NCBI RefSeq assembly: GCF_018977255.1
Contig: NW_024704750.1
Coordinates: forward strand, 13,702,001 to 13,766,000
Source: Callorhinchus milii
Taxonomy: Eukaryota
DNA: 64,000 nucleotides
Reading direction: 5' to 3'
Part shown: positions 1 to 21,789 of the stretch, in pieces
Numbering within the stretch: position 1 is the first letter of the stretch
How the letters are laid out: every line of letters begins with the position of its first letter
The notes under the pieces: generated by a model
Seen by the model: the letters and a program-made list of their open reading frames with translations, nothing else
What the model was told of the DNA's origin: nothing
Database searches by the model: none
Position numbers and translations under genes: made by a program

Positions 1-118
1 GAGGGTTAAAACATTTTAGCTGCAGCTTAGTATCAATATCAAAATACACAATTGCTTATCAATACCAAATAAATATTGATGAGCGGAGTTGTTTATTTAC
101 AAATATTTTCAATTTCAG

Positions 119-839
119 GACTCACTTGTTTGCACTTGGCAGTCAAAAACAGACATTATCAGATGGTGAACTATTTAATTCAGCTGGGAGCTAACATCAA
201 TGCACAGGTATGTTGATTTTCCTCTGCTCAGTGACTCTCCCCGCCCCCCACCCCAATCATATTAGCACATTAATACTCTTCAGCCTTCTCCTGGTTGCAG
301 CATCTACTTAGCTCTATGGTGTGTTCTTTCCCTCAGGAAACATCAAGTGGCAGGACAGCTTTGCACCTCGCAGTAGAAGAGCAGGATGCTGACATGGTGT
401 CGCTGCTGCTGGTCTGTCGAGCTGACCCCAATGCATTGATGTACAATGGCTGCACAGCGTTCCACCTGACCGTGGGCAGAGACAACCACAAAATCCAGAT
501 GGAGCTGATGAACGTAACAGACCCATCACTGTTGATCATGAATGAGGAGGATTATCTGTGGGAACCTGAATCGCCTGAGAAAGAGGTGAGCGACTTGAAA
601 TCTCCTGTCTTAACAGTGCTAAAAACATAAGTCCAATTTGATCCGAAGGTCACACGCTGTTCTTAACTGTAACTAAACACCCAGTACAGAATAAACTAAT
701 AGTTAGATCTTCAGCACAGTGCAAAGTAATGAAAATGTTAAACAATGTGAATTTGTTGCTGACTGATTCTCTATTTCCTTTCCAGCTCACATTTAGTTAC
801 GATGACTGTGTGATTGGTGGTCACCTATTGAGCTGCTGA
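119..839 (+). CDS. NFKBIA: IkB-alpha family NF-kB inhibitor, last three coding exons (5' part outside window)
   Basis: Exons 119-207 (GLTCLHLAVKNRHYQMVNYLIQLGANINAQ), 337-585 (ETSSGRTALHLAVEEQ...PEKE) and 786-839 (LTFSYDDCVIGGHLLSC*). All introns are GT-AG and phase-consistent. Ankyrin repeats plus a YDDCV.GG tail as in IkB-alpha; convergent with PSMA6 as in human. Confidence 0.85.
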
Positions 840-1359
840 AGATTCCCCTTGTACCTCCACTCAGAAACATTTGGACTTTATTTAAAAGAAAAAAAAGATT
901 GAAGGTGCATGGCTGCCCATTCTACCACAGAGTTACGAAAGAACTTCAATGTCGTACACTAAGAATTTCAACACTTGCAGTCGGCAGCTCATGTTTTTTT
1001 AAGAATTTTAAAAACACAAATACTGTAATTTAAATGAGTTTAAACAGCAAGAGACATTGAGTTCCATTGCAGCATTACAGAACCTTAGAATGAAATGGAG
1101 CCATGCTGTGGTGTGAAGTGATGTGTTGAGTAGAATATGTCTTTGACCACTATGACTGGGTATAAGATAACTGAAATGATGTAAAAAAAAATTACATCTG
1201 TCTGAGTGATGGTTTCCAACTGTGCACCAATATTTTTAATATCAATATTTCAATAATGTATATAGTTTGTAAATTAATGTAAAATTTGTAAAAATGTTTT
1301 ATTTTTTTACTGTTGTAAAATTGGATGGATATAGAGTTCTTGGATATTTATTCATGTCA

Positions 1360-1365
1360 ATTAAA
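1360..1365 (+). terminator. Candidate poly(A) signal (ATTAAA) of the IkB gene
   Basis: ATTAAA at the end of an AU-rich 3'UTR that contains several ATTTA pentamers. Confidence 0.5.
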
Positions 1366-2907
1366 ACTTACAAAACTGAAAATGAAACATGTTTTGAATT
1401 TATGAATTATGGTTAGTTACAACAATAGCTTGCACTTATATAGCGCCCGCCACCCAGGATAGAGTCTCAGAGTGCTTAACAGTGTCAGAAAGAAGTATTG
1501 TTTCCTCTTTGGGGCATGCACAGACATTGATCATTTGAGCATTCAGCATATTGTATTAAAGCTTTCAAAATATATACCGGGTTCCTACATCACAACCACT
1601 TTCAAAATATTTTTCATGCAACTATAAAATATTCAAGTATTAAATACTTGAATATCTTAGTATTAAAGTATTAAATATTCCTTTGTAGACTTAAGAAAAG
1701 TGATCTTAGAAGAAAGTGATCTTACAATAATAATCCTTACATTTGATATAGCGCCTTATGTCGTTGAGAACATTTCGAAGGGTTTCTCAGGATATACTCT
1801 ACAGTGGAGTAACTGCATTTTGTGGCGGAACAAGGGGCTATTAGATTCTCACATTGATATTTGACTGAAGTGGAGACTTGTTATGTTTAAACCTCCAACT
1901 TACTGGATTCCAGTAATGCAGCATTCAAACTTAGCTGGACTGAAAATTAAATATTTCAGCAGATCTGAACCCATGTGTTGGCCACAACTTCCTGCTTCAC
2001 TCTCTTTGCTAGCCTTCACAATATCTATGTGTAGGCCTGCTTTGGCGACTAACATTTGGTGGGATATTGACTTTGACTCAGATCGTTTGTTTAGTAAGGC
2101 TGGAATCCTGCAAGCATAAAAAAACCCAGGGCCGAAAAATGCCAGTAAATCATTACTGTTAGTCATTACCATAGCTGGAAATTCCGGCTCGCCTGACTAG
2201 TTCTCTTTCCTACTATCCCGCCCCATTAGTCTGACCAGTCAAGGTTTTAGTGTAATACATCTGGCTTGGAAAACTTGTACGCAAGGGAAGTGAATGTCCA
2301 TTCTTCTGAGATAATCTGGATGTAGGAAATTGCCTTCATAAGAGGGAGGGGGTTTCCGTGTGAGAGTTCTATTCAGAGTAGTTCCTGTAGCGTGCAATAT
2401 ATTGCAACACCCATAGCAAACACATGACACGTCAAGCACAGTGCAAGAAAAGACCACCAAGCCCATCAGGTGCCCCTTGTCCACAGATCATGCAAGACCT
2501 AATGCATTGCTGTTTCTGCCATCTATTCTGTCTCCTGAAAGAAATTTCCACTTACACAACTACTGATCTCCAAAGCAAAAGAGGTAAATACTTTAGAATA
2601 TTCCTACAATCCAATACTGGATTCCTTCCCACACATCCCCAACATCAAGAGCACTTGAATTATGATGCCCAGTTGAAGATATTGTTTTTTTCTCAATCTT
2701 CACCTACCCTATTCTTAGGTCATCCATGTAGATATTTTAAGATGGACTCCAGAAGGTTTTTCTTTAACTTTGCCAGCTATTCTCTCCCCGAAGTGACTGT
2801 TTGGAGAGCAGAGCTGAGTCCAATGCAGCTCTGAACCAACATACAAAATTTTCCAACAGGATCCTTTTAATATATACAATCCTTTCAAGTTCTGCGGGCT
2901 TAGCTGA

Positions 2908-3135
2908 TTACACTCCAGCAGTTACCCCAACACTCTGGGGTCCCCAAACCTTGGCTCTTGCCAACCCGCGCCTAATACTTTCCAAAATTAGGTAAGCATG
3001 ATGCGTCCCTCCAGGGAGAGAGTGCATATTTCATTCCAACAATCTATCTCTGGAATTTCCACGTGGAGGTAGGGTGCATGGAAGTCTCAGCTTGGTTTCA
3101 CCAGTGTCACCCGGCAGACTAAAAAAAATCCTTGC
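2908..3135 (+). mobile_element. Solo half-copy of the 6471-7001 foldback element
   Basis: Aligns by eye to 6750-7000 (acactctgggg...ttggctcttgccaacc...aattaggtaagc...tctatctctggaatttcca...), with an internal deletion near its 3' end. Confidence 0.75.
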
Positions 3136-3365
3136 TGATGAAGATTCCTGGCCAACAGTCCCCCAAATTGAATTGGTCATCCATTTCTTAATTGTTTGTA
3201 GGATTATGCTGTGCCTAAATGGCCTGACATACATAAACTACAACTTTACAGTAAAGCCTGTGAAGCATTTTGAAATATCCTCCTGTCATGAAAGGCACCA
3301 AGCCAAATGCTAACTTGAGTGCTGATCTTTCTCCCAAATGGAAGTATAATTTTGAATAATTCATT

Positions 3366-3497
3366 AGAACTGGTGAAGGGTCACGGACCCGAAACGGTGA
3401 CTCATTTTCCTTTCTCCATAGATGCTGTCTGACCTGCTGAGTGTTCCCAGCGACTTCTGTTTTTGTTTCAGATTTCCAGCATCTGCAGTATTTTTCA
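3366..3497 (+). mobile_element. Penelope-like retroelement terminal fragment with degenerate hammerhead-ribozyme motif
   Basis: CTGGTGA-A-GGGTC-ACG-GACCC-GAAAC followed by the shark-type repeat tail gatgctg.ctgacctgctgagt...ttcagatttccagcatc. Family assignment is from recall. Confidence 0.55.
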
Positions 3498-4567
3498 TCC
3501 AGAGAAATTTAATGTATTTGCATATATCAAAGGAAGCAGCAGTATAGCTTTCCCTATAAGGGCTGTTCACATTGAGCAATGTGTGGGGTGCATGTGCTGA
3601 CAGCACGAATGGTTGTCACAGTAATAATTACAAAGAAAATCCCACAATTAATTACAACATCGATGAGACAACAGTACAAAATCACACAATTCACAGATAT
3701 TATGGAGGGGCCTATTATAGAATTATCTTGCGACTCACTTAGAGATTAATGGATACCAGAGAGTGTTGCAAGCCTGTTTGTTGTCTTTTCGAGAGCTACA
3801 ACTGATACGTTAAACACAAAAGCAAACACAGGTCAAACTATCCTAAAACCTGAGATCAGAGGGCATCCTTAAACTCATGTAAATGGCCATGTCAAACACA
3901 AAGATTATTATTTTCACTCAGTGTCCATCTTCACTCGAGGATAAGTCAGCATTGGGCGCACAGACGTTACTTAGTGCCTCACCCAGATGAATCCAACGTG
4001 ACTACAAACCTATCATGTGAAGTATCTATCATATTCATGCCCATTATTGCTCAATGAATTCACGTTTCAGTTTTTTAACATTCTTTTTTAAGTCTTGTTA
4101 CTGTCAGTAACTGTACATTATGCATGGTGGCATTTACAAAAGAGCATTAATTCCTTGTGATTGTGACAAAATGGGTTTATTGATTTGTGACTCGTTTCAG
4201 AATTTGTTTTATATGACAACAAAGGACTTTAGAATTTTTCAGACTTGTGCTCTCTTGTAGGAAATAGCAGTTTTATTTGTTTGAGACAAAATCCCCAGCT
4301 TCAGAAACTGAAAAGTGGCTAAAGGACATGCAACCATTTCCTTTTTCCTCAAACAAGGTCAGGTATCTGAAAGGGAATTAAGAAGTCTCTTAATTAGTGT
4401 CTCAGATGGTATATTGTCAGAGACTAGAAATTTCAGGCATCCTATCGCTTAAGCTTTAAAAAATTCTGTTCTCTCAAAAGTATGTTTCTTTATTTATCTT
4501 CACATTTTCTCGCTCTTCTTCTGCTCAGTTCTTTCTCCCTTTCTCCTTTCAATGAGGAAGTACTTCA

Positions 4568-4760
4568 GCAACAACAACTTGTATTTATGTAACACCTCTC
4601 ATGCAGGGAAGCGTTCCAGAGCGCTTGACAGTGGCGGAGCACGACACCGAGCCAGTAGGAGGTGATTGGAGGCATGGCTAAAGAGGAAGGTCTTCAGGTG
4701 CAACCTGAAGATGGGGAAGGATTGGGAAGGTAGAGGGATTGAGGGAGAGAGTTCCAGAGT
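4568..4760 (-). mobile_element. L2 LINE 3' end fragment
   Basis: (caa)n tail and ggcatggctaaagaggaaggtctt segment shared with the other L2 copies in the window. Confidence 0.6.
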
Positions 4761-6470
4761 TTCATACTTAATTCGATTTTCTGAGTGTTTGCTGTCCAAT
4801 TCTTATTTTTGGATATAAAACTTTGCGTGATGTCCACGAAATCGTAACCATCTTATAGAAATGAATACCTTGACATTATGGTATGTTCCTCTGCTCCCCA
4901 TCTGTTCTGGTGAAAATTTACATTTTTCCGGTGCAGTATTACTCAAAACCAAATTGAAATCTTATTCAGAGTGAAAATCAAGAGCCAGCAGTAATAATGA
5001 TATCTGATCAATATTCACCATATTAAACATGCAGCCTGAAACCTGTAAAGCCTCATGCTTATTCATCACATTCTCCTTGACAGAAAACAAGTTATAAACT
5101 ATAATGCTTAATTTCGATTTACTGTAAAGTGTAACTACGTAAAACATATTTACATAATTTTACATTAATTTACAAACTATATAGATTAATTCAACCACAA
5201 AATATACTGTCAATTCAATTTACAGTATATTTCTGTGAAGCGCTTTGAGACATCTTGGCAATGTGATAAGGCGCTATATCAAATGCAAGGATTATTATTT
5301 ATTAATATTATTGAAACAAGTAAGTTTTATTATATTGACGAAAATTGTGGAAAAAAACTTATTAACTATCTTCACATCACTGGGCACAAAGATAAGTAGG
5401 AAAAATTGACCTTTTGTTTAAAAATATAGACGTTGGTGTCTGGTTAACATATTAGACATTTCAGGACACCTCTGAAAAGACAATCAAAGTAAATTGTCCC
5501 CTATCCAGATTCAGAAGATATACATTTAAACTATTGTCAGGAAATTTATAGCGATTGTAAGCATATTGTTTCCAAATGAAATAAGTTATTTCCAAGTGCT
5601 TGGAAAGAAATTTTTGCTCGTGTGTGTGAGAAGTGTCACCAGTTTCCAGTCTAACATTTCTTCTCAGATGTATCTGTCACGGAGCTACATGTGATCAGCA
5701 GCACCTTGCACACTTCCGTCCGTGTCAGTTCAGAGGAAGGAACTGACCGACAAATTATGTCAAAGATAAAAGCTGTATCTTCTAAGCTAACAGACACATA
5801 ATATGAAACCTTTCCCAATACCTTTATATGTGTGCGCTGGTGGATTGCTACTTTTGGTTTAGACAAGACAGGAGCAGAGAAACAGGTCTAACCTGCTCTG
5901 GTTTTAACATCTCACAAACCATATAACCTGTTCAGGCAGGAATATGTGATTTGATTAGGCAAACAGTTATTAACATGAAGTTTTTGCAGACTGGATCAGA
6001 TAGGTGTTTTGTAAGGTTATTTTTGACACGTTTTTAAAAAAATTGCAAGCCCCCACCCTCACCTTCTCTAACTTTACTTTCCCTCAGGTCTCACAAACCT
6101 TCAGCCAATTGGTCAGTGAGGTGGACCATCCTTTTAACTTTGCCCTGAAACAAGCAGCTACGAAGTGCACATTAATGGGAAAAGTCTCAATCTGCAATAC
6201 CTCACCCACCCACCCCTCCACCTGTTGACAAGATCCCAGCCTTAAAACTCATTAGAGACTGAAGGACTGAACAGTGGAACTGTATATTGATATGCCCCCA
6301 ACCATCCCCTCACCACACACATACATACAAATACATATACACTGAGGGCTGCTTACAATACAATATCATAATACATATTCTGAAGTACTGTAGATTTAAA
6401 CAATCCAATGGATCACACTTTGAATTTCCTGATATTCATGGAATTTACAAAATGAATCATGAACAGAACC

Positions 6471-7001
6471 TTGCATGGTTGTTTTTTTTTGGTGAGCCAG
6501 GTGTCTTGACACATGCGAAAATCCCATTGCCTTGCTTAAGAGTATCCAAACCAAACTGATAGGTCCACATCATGCATGCCACTTCCACATGAAAATCTCC
6601 CTATGTCTGGAATGGATTGTACACTTCCTCCCCCAGAGAGACGCACCCTGCTTACCTAATTCCACATAGATTATTAGGCAGGAGCCAAGACTTTGGATCC
6701 CAGATGTGTGTTTTAGGTAACTTTTGGAGTTTAAACACCAGTTCAAGCCAACACACACTCTGGGGCCCCCAAGCCTTGGCTCTTGCCAACCTGCATCTAA
6801 TACTTTCCAGAATTAGGTAAGCAGGATGCGTCCTCCAGGAGGAGAGTGTGCATTACATTCTAATAATCTATCTCTGGAATTTCCATGTGTAGGTGGGATG
6901 CATGGAATTCTCAGTTTGGTTTGTTTACTCTTAAACACTGTGATGGGTTTCCGCATATGTCAGAGACCTGGCTGACCACCACAAAAAAAATCACCTTGGA
7001 A
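6471..7001. mobile_element. ~530-bp imperfect palindromic (foldback/MITE-like) element
   Basis: 6471-6712 is the reverse complement of 6750-7001 (e.g. ctgcttacctaattcc / gaattaggtaagcagg; aaaccaaactga / tcagtttggttt; T-run / A-run). Confidence 0.75.
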
Positions 7002-7061
7002 CCAGCACAGTCTTAAGGAAATCCCAGATACTTGGAAAGTGAGACTACCTCCACTTCAGAG

Positions 7062-7106
7062 TGCTGAGTCACATGAAGCTGCCTCCACCTCCAGGTGCTA
7101 AATCAT
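7062..7106. promoter_or_regulatory. Tandem antioxidant response element (ARE/MARE) candidates
   Basis: TGCTGAGTCAC (7062-7072, perfect ARE) and TGCTAAATCAT (7096-7106) within a degenerate 34-bp duplication. Confidence 0.35.
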
Positions 7107-10100
7107 GTCAAGTTGCCTCTAGCCTCATTGTAATCTGTAACCTGAACAGAGGTATTAAGTGGGAAGGTGAAAGGGTGGGACATTCAGATTCAAGAACTGA
7201 CAAGATCTATTAAACTGATGGAATGGGCTTTATGTTGCTGAATGTGAATGGATACACACCCACAGCGTGACTAATGTGTTCTATGAAGAGTCAGTGATTG
7301 CCAATAACCTCACATTTAATCCACATCAAGATTTCAAACTTCAGGCTGGAAACCCACTATAAAGGACAGAAAATCAACCATTTGCCCATATTAGTGAGGT
7401 TGAGCTTTGGTTCCATGTTTCAAATAAATGAAAACAAGACTGAAATATGCCTTGGGCATTGAGTTGCCCTCAATAATGATGTGGCTACAAAGTTAACTTA
7501 TACTCTGTGGTTACACTTTGCAATTTGTTGAAAGCATTTAAGCTATTCTGTATATATTCCTCTTTCACATGTTGTAGCCAATTGTTTATGTTCATGATCT
7601 ACCTGGAACTGATGGCGCCCCCACTTTACTTTAAGTTACAAGTTGATCATTACATTATAAATGGTCAGTTTGGTTGTTTTTCAGTTACACTCAGTACAGC
7701 AAACTTGAAAATGTAAATTGTAACAGAGAAGTTACAAGATAACTCTCTCATCTTTCTCCTTTTAAACAATATGAAAAAAAAACTAACAAAAGGAAAGCGA
7801 AATCAAGCAAGGGATGATTATCACTTTCAAACGGAATTTCAGGCTGTTTAACATTGCATAACTTTAAACAGAGGATAAATGTTATTTTATTTCTGGTTAC
7901 TTTTGAATTCTGCCTCCTGTTCTTCCTCTTGGCATATTCAATTAATCTCAGTGTCAGCAACTTTTCTATCAGTGCTACACAATGCACATAAGATGTCCTT
8001 GAAAATCCACCCAAATACTTAAATGTCAACTAGGGTTTGAAAATGAACTTTAATGTGTGGAAATTGATAAACAGTACCAATGAACAAGGATTTCCCAGAT
8101 CCTTCAACCCACAGAGTTCAGTAACTAATTAAAATGTGCGTGGTACATAATGTCACCAGAATTTCTCAATGCTCAGCTGCAAATGATTGAATAAATGTGC
8201 AGGAACAAGATGAATCTCTTTGTCCCTCCACAAGAGAGTGCATCGGCAACTCAGGAGTTAAAGGTGCTGGCAACAGAAAAATGTAAACCAAAGCACACAT
8301 AAAATGTATTCCCCAACTTGTGATAAATAATAAGAAATGCTGCTGTGTGTTTTGAAGCCACTGATCTTATCAGCCCAAATGTTAATCTTTATTCCGATCT
8401 AAAATATTCACATAAGATGTTGTGATGTAAACTCTATCTTGCATTAGTTATTCTCAAATTAAGTATGTGTAAGTGTAAAGAGATAGAAGCCTCCAGCTTC
8501 TAGATTTCCTTATTTTTAAAAAAAATAATCTGTGCCTGCAGTAAATCATTTCCCCTTTTTTTACAGCTCGCATGCACTTCATTGTAAAGTACCCAACAAA
8601 AGTAATTGTTCCATATGATCTGTTTTGGAAATTTCATAATTAATCAGAGAACAACACCTGCCACTTCCAAGAAAACCCACTTCATCATAAAATTGTAAGC
8701 AGAATATACCAAATGTGGACTATATTGCATCAAAAGGCTATACTGATCAGATTTTTAAAAGACACATGCTTGGGAAGTATTAATGCATATAGCAATGATG
8801 GAGAAATGGAATAATTTTTTTTGCTTTGATCTAATAAAATGGCAGAACAGACTTGATGGGCTGTTCCTACGTTACTGCTTTCGCACTTCACAGTAGCTTC
8901 TCTAAATAAACAGAAGAACCTTGATTTGTTTAGTTTGCATTTGTATTTAGTTTCATATGTAATTGATATAAGAGAAACACTTGTGGAGAAATCAAACTAT
9001 TCCTGCTTAGGATAAGATTTAACCAGTTATTTGGTGATCAACAGCACTTCCAAGATAACTTCATGTTTCGAATTTGGGATTGTTGCCACATTTTGACTGT
9101 ATTCAACGCAAACCACCTTCGGGACTTCCCATTATTCCTCAAGAATGCTTTGTTACGTGTATTCCATTATTCCTCAAGCTTGCTTAAGTCACTGGTTTAC
9201 GTTTCATTTAGCCAGCTTTTTTGATACACTCGTGTTTTAATAAGATGGTAACAATTTCATGCAGCTACAATTTCAAACCCTTGTAAATACAGCAACAACT
9301 GACTAGCTTTAGAAAACAAGATGTTCAAACATTAAAAAACAGATACGCAATGTAACTTCTTGGTGTAGTTCCAAGATAGACCAGGAAGGGGAACAACAAC
9401 AACTTGCATCTATATAGCGTCCCGGAGCCTGGAACAAATACACGCTGCACAAAGACATGTAATTCAGAGATAGATTCACGTACTCTGAAAGGAAATAGTT
9501 CGCAAATGCACTGTATGGCCTGACAAAAGTGTTGGTTTGTATTGTCTCAATGCTCCTTACATCTGAATCAGCAGGAAATGAAAGCACTGACATTTCCATT
9601 GTGAGTTGGCAATTCTATTATAACCAGAGCAATTCTATTCATTTATGACATTTAAATCTACACCTATTGGTGTGGTTCACTATTATCTGATTCATAAACT
9701 GGGTCCAATTAAAAAAAAAAAAAATTTAAATAATGCTTTTTAAGAAAAAAAACGAAATTAGTATTCAGGATAAAATTTATCACAGATCATTAAAATACAC
9801 CAAGCCATCGAAGCAGGGAGATGTAAAGAGGATATGATTATGTTTGCACAAATTCCAAATAAGCCCTTGGTAGTAGAGAGAGAGCAAAATCAGCCAGTTA
9901 ATTCTCCCAATTATTGATGATAGCCCTTACTGAAAGGGAACTGTGCACAACAGGTTAGAACAGAATTTATCTCAATTGTGCTGTTCCCCATAATCGAACA
10001 GCTTGCCATCATGCAATGTCCAGGCTTATGTGAAACTAAGCAGCTTTTAAAAATGTCGCCAAGCTGGAAGATATTTCCACAGCTATTTCCAAGGGTGACA

Positions 10101-11467
10101 GGCTTGTTAGATTTAACTATGGAGTATTAAAAAACATATACCGGTATTTTGATCAGCAGACAAACATTTAGTTTCTTTCTTTCCGCACCATAATTCTTGC
10201 ACAGGAAGATTAAAGCAACATAACCAGGAACAATATCTGGGACTTTTTCTTCTTTGTTTTGTGGAAATGATCTAATATGTTGGCTTCAAATGTGAAACTG
10301 GAGAAACAAGTTTGCCAAGAAGCATTGCTCAGTGTAAGTAGCAGAGCAGCGTTCAATAATATTTACACCAAGTCCCAGCATTGACTTGCATGAATAACCA
10401 AAACTTCCATTTGTATTGTACGCTTCACACGAGGTATCCATTACTCGGAGCGCTTAACAGTGGCGGAGGCCGTCACAGAGTCTCACCACTAGGCTAGAAG
10501 ATTGTGGGTTTAAACCTGTCAGGAATGGAGCTCATAGTCTTAAGCTGGCACTCCAGTAAACAACAGGCAAATGCTGTATTGTTGGAGGTGCTTTCCTTTG
10601 GCAGGGATATTGAACATCCTGTCTTATACCTTCAGACTATTCAAATAAAAATTCTCCTGGACACTAATTCCTCCAGATTAAATATTCATTCAATTCATGG
10701 CTGCTCGTAGGACTCTGCAATGTGCAAAACAACTGCCAAGCTAGGCAAAAGAAAATCTACATAACAGCAATTATTGTGAAGTGCTTTCGAGACACTGACA
10801 TTACAAGCAATATAAAACCCCCTACTTTGTTTTCCTATGTTCAATTGACTGTAACACATTCCAAGACCTCGTCTCAGTGGTGCCAGTGTGGTAAACACCA
10901 GGAGTCAGTGGTTTAAAAGTGACTAAGACCTGGAAATACGTCAGCCATGTGTTCTCGAATATGCCTTCAGTGTTGTTTTTTAATTTTTAAAATATTCCTC
11001 GCATTTGAGACATTACCTTATCACACTGTTGAGACGTCTCAAAGTGTCTCACAGAATACACTATAAAGTGAGTTGACTGTGTATTTTTTTGGTGAATTTT
11101 AAGCCATGGAAAGACAAGCAGACTTCAGATTGCTCGTCAGTATGGCTCAGAGTCTGGATTCTATCTCCCAGCAAAATCAGACAGGATTGTAACCTTCCAC
11201 TACTTCAATGACTGCTAAGTAAAGTAAATGCTACACAGACTTTCCTTCCTCCTGCGGTTTCCCAGCTTTCTACAATTGTTATTTGGCAAGCTTCCCAGCT
11301 GCAGATTCTAACCAGCTCGTCTATCACAATCCCTTCAGGGAGGACGCTTGAAGCTTTCCTTTGCATGCGTGTTTGTGTACGTGTATATTTTTGCGTGCGT
11401 GCGAATGTATGAGTGAGTGTGTACGTGTAGAAACACTTCAATCAACAGCATGTTCCAAAACCTCCGC

Positions 11468-11473
11468 TTTATT
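11468..11473 (-). terminator. PSMA6 poly(A) signal
   Basis: AATAAA on the minus strand about 110 nt after the stop codon. Confidence 0.7.
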
Positions 11474-11581
11474 GAATAGAGTAAAATACAGTGTTTATTG
11501 GACGTTCTACGACTGCAATCTAGTTTTCCCACCAACATCGTCTTTACATAACAAACCTGGGTTCTTAAACAAATGAGAGTT

Positions 11582-20700
<9,119 letters not shown>

Positions 20701-20714
20701 AGTGGAGTTGGCAA

Positions 20715-21230
20715 ACAGACAGATACAGACACACAGTGACAGACACAGTGACAGACATAGACACACAGTGACAGACAGACAGACACAGTGACAGACAGAC
20801 ACACAGTGACAGACACAGTGACAGACATAGACACACAGTGACAGACAGACAGACACAGTGACAGACAGATACAGACACACAGTGACAGACACAGTGACAG
20901 ACATAGACACACAGTGACAGACAGACAGACACAGTGACAGACAGACAGTGACAGACACACAGAGACAGACACACACACAGTGACAGACAGATACAGACAC
21001 ACAGTGACAGACATAGACACACAGTGACAGACAGACAGACACAGTGACAGACAGACAGTGACAGACACACAGAGACAGACACACACACAGTGACAGACAG
21101 ATACAGACACACAGTGACAGACACAGACACACTGACAGACATAGACACACAGTGACAGACAGACAGACACAGAGACAGACACAGAGACTGACAGACAGAC
21201 AGACAGACACAGTGACAGACAGACACAGAG
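20715..21230. repeat. ACAG-rich minisatellite (acacagtgacagac core) upstream of PSMA6
   Basis: Higher-order tandem repeat visible directly; it produces spurious Cys/Val/Ser ORFs. Confidence 0.92.
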
Positions 21231-21373
21231 CCAGAGCTGAGTGTCTTAATGCTCGTATTGTGCCTTTCTCTTGATTGCCTTTCTAATATTTCAGAGGGTG
21301 CATTGCAGGCCGGGTCGGTCGGTCGGTCGGTCGGTTTCTCTCTCCTCTCAAGCCTGATAACTATTAATCCTCA

Positions 21374-21773
21374 TAATGATAATGACGATAATACCCCTCA
21401 CCTTTGACACGGTGCCTTATCCCTTCCTCGAGATGTCTCCCAACAAAACGCTTCACGGGATACACTGTATAAGTGAGCTGACCGTACGTTTTGTGGGTGA
21501 AAGGCGGCAGCCAATCAATCGCGCACTGCAGTGGCTCGCAAACTCTGGTGGATTGAGTGACCAAATTATTATTAATTATTTTTTCCCCCCCAAGGAATTA
21601 TTACCCTCAAAAAAGAGATCTGCCAATCGACTAACAACCTGGTTCCTACTTACTGCTGGGTATACAGACGTGTGGAATAAAGAAACTTCCTAATGTTTCT
21701 CCCTGCCTGGCAATTGACTCCAGATCCTCTTGCTTGCGAGGAAAGTGCTCCAACCAATGTGATGCAGGATTCC
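21374..21773 (-). mobile_element. tRNA-derived SINE (longer variant)
   Basis: Reverse complement of the 34601-34907 SINE head, body and tail, with an extra internal segment (ccaatcgactaacaacc...ttcctacttac) also seen near 29530 and 34270. Confidence 0.7.
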
Positions 21774-21789
21774 TGATGACTGGGCTGGA

